Sequence record: PQ850631.1
Strand: one strand, 5' to 3'
Length of the DNA: 64,000 nucleotides
DNA from: Escherichia phage VerenaGrendelmeier_Bas101
Shown piece after piece: positions 63,317 to 64,000 of the stretch (position 1 is its first letter; each line of letters starts with the position of its first letter). The notes under the pieces are model-generated. The model did not search any database. It worked only from the letters and a program-made list of their open reading frames with translations, and was not told where the DNA came from. The translations under genes were made by a program, and so were the position numbers.

Positions 63317-63531
63317 CAGTCTTCACCTTGAGATTCCAGACAAGTAAGGACAAGCCAAGTCATCGGAAGAATCAAAACCAGAGAAATGAGGGACCAGATA
63401 GACCAGCACAGGATGACAGACTTGAATGTGTGAACGTCGCCAAACGCAGCAGTAAAACAGAATCCCATTACAAATGCAATAGCTGTGGAATGGTTATCTA
63501 TGGCTTTGATGGCGCGGTCGATGAGTTTCAT
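63316..63531 (-). CDS. small two-TM membrane protein (holin-like candidate)
   Basis: 71 aa, two hydrophobic segments (AIAFVMGFCFTAAFG; ILCWSIWSLISLVLILPMTWLVL), charged C-terminus. Confidence 0.4.
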   Translation of the reverse strand: MKLIDRAIKAIDNHSTAIAFVMGFCFTAAFGDVHTFKSVILCWSIWSLISLVLILPMTWLVLTCLESQGED

Positions 63532-63619
63532 ATTACCTCCGATTTTGAGTTAATATGATTATAACGCAGAGTTTCAGAAAGGCAAACTTTTTGTGAATTA
63601 TGCCGTCCATGGCATCGTA

Positions 63620-63850
63620 TCAGTGTGAAGACGCAATTAATGTGCCACTTCCCTTTGCGAAAATCTCAACGCCTGGCGGGATTGTGACTGTACCAACAAC
63701 TGCGATTCCGATCAAATTGTCATCGGCCTTTTCCCCAAAACAAATCTCAGCGGCACCGCCGCGAACTTGAATAAGTGCTCCTGATACGTTTTCAGCAACA
63801 GAGATTACGGAAGTATAAGAGGGAGTGAGTTGAATGTTGACTAGGGCCAT
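63620..63850 (-). CDS. hypothetical protein
   Basis: AGGAG RBS upstream of ATG on minus strand. Confidence 0.4.
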   Translation of the reverse strand: MALVNIQLTPSYTSVISVAENVSGALIQVRGGAAEICFGEKADDNLIGIAVVGTVTIPPGVEIFAKGSGTLIASSH

Positions 63851-63871
63851 GGTTTACTCCTGATAAAAAAA

Positions 63872-63891
63872 TGGCCAGAAAGAATCTGGCC
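63872..63891 (-). terminator. hairpin plus U-tract immediately upstream of the 63850 gene (minus strand)
   Basis: GGCCAGA...TCTGGCC; minus-strand transcript followed by seven U. Confidence 0.45.
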
Positions 63892-64000
63892 GAAAGATCA
63901 CCCTTTATCCACTACTAAGCTGGAATCATAATTTTACTTGATATAGCTTGCACAAGCAAACTATAATATGAATAAAATATCAACACATAATTGGAAAGTC

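Noticed and set aside
1-64000. Integrase, transposase or attachment-site evidence for a mobile-element boundary
   Set aside because: No tyrosine or serine recombinase motifs or IS-type terminal inverted repeats were recognised; the window appears to be internal phage DNA.
1-64000. Large terminase and portal genes
   Set aside because: No ORF with a terminase ATPase Walker A/nuclease pattern or portal-like size and position was found; they presumably lie just upstream of the window start, before the MuF-like gene.

Overview
The window is a contiguous 64-kb segment of a tailed dsDNA phage or prophage genome with a contractile-tail (myovirus-like) gene set; no rRNA, tRNA, CRISPR array, integrase or transposase was recognised. 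It is organised in four blocks. (1) 1-23822, plus strand: late structural operon, starting inside a MuF-like head morphogenesis gene that is cut by the window edge, then protease/scaffold, major capsid, sheath-like and tube-like proteins, tape measure with a lytic transglycosylase domain, baseplate, HxH-repeat tail fiber and a GH19 endolysin. Portal and large terminase are not in the window. (2) 23848-41406, minus strand: replication and nucleotide-metabolism block with DnaE-like polymerase, DnaQ-like exonuclease, SNF2 and Dda-like helicases, VRR-NUC nuclease, DNA ligase, MazG-like protein, an embedded Rz/Rz1 spanin pair and a metabolic cluster (VOC-like, SDR, HAD phosphatase, ThyX-like, FAD-binding flavoprotein). 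(3) 41567-54000, plus strand: early region with an AEP-type primase, a VirE/D5-like P-loop helicase and about 30 small tightly packed genes. (4) 54000-64000: a repeat-dense regulatory and accessory region with an orphan small-terminase-like gene, small acidic proteins, a strand-specific 12-mer array, then a minus-strand block carrying a second tail fiber and small membrane proteins. Codon usage in the capsid gene (CTG, CGT, GGT, GAA) suggests an enterobacterial-type host; this is inference. All functional calls come from motifs read in the translations, not from database searches. The most unusual signals are the AATTTGCACTAT array with its adjacent acidic-protein island, two homologous iteron-plus-AT-rich regions upstream of promoters, and the metabolic cluster with a variant ThyX.
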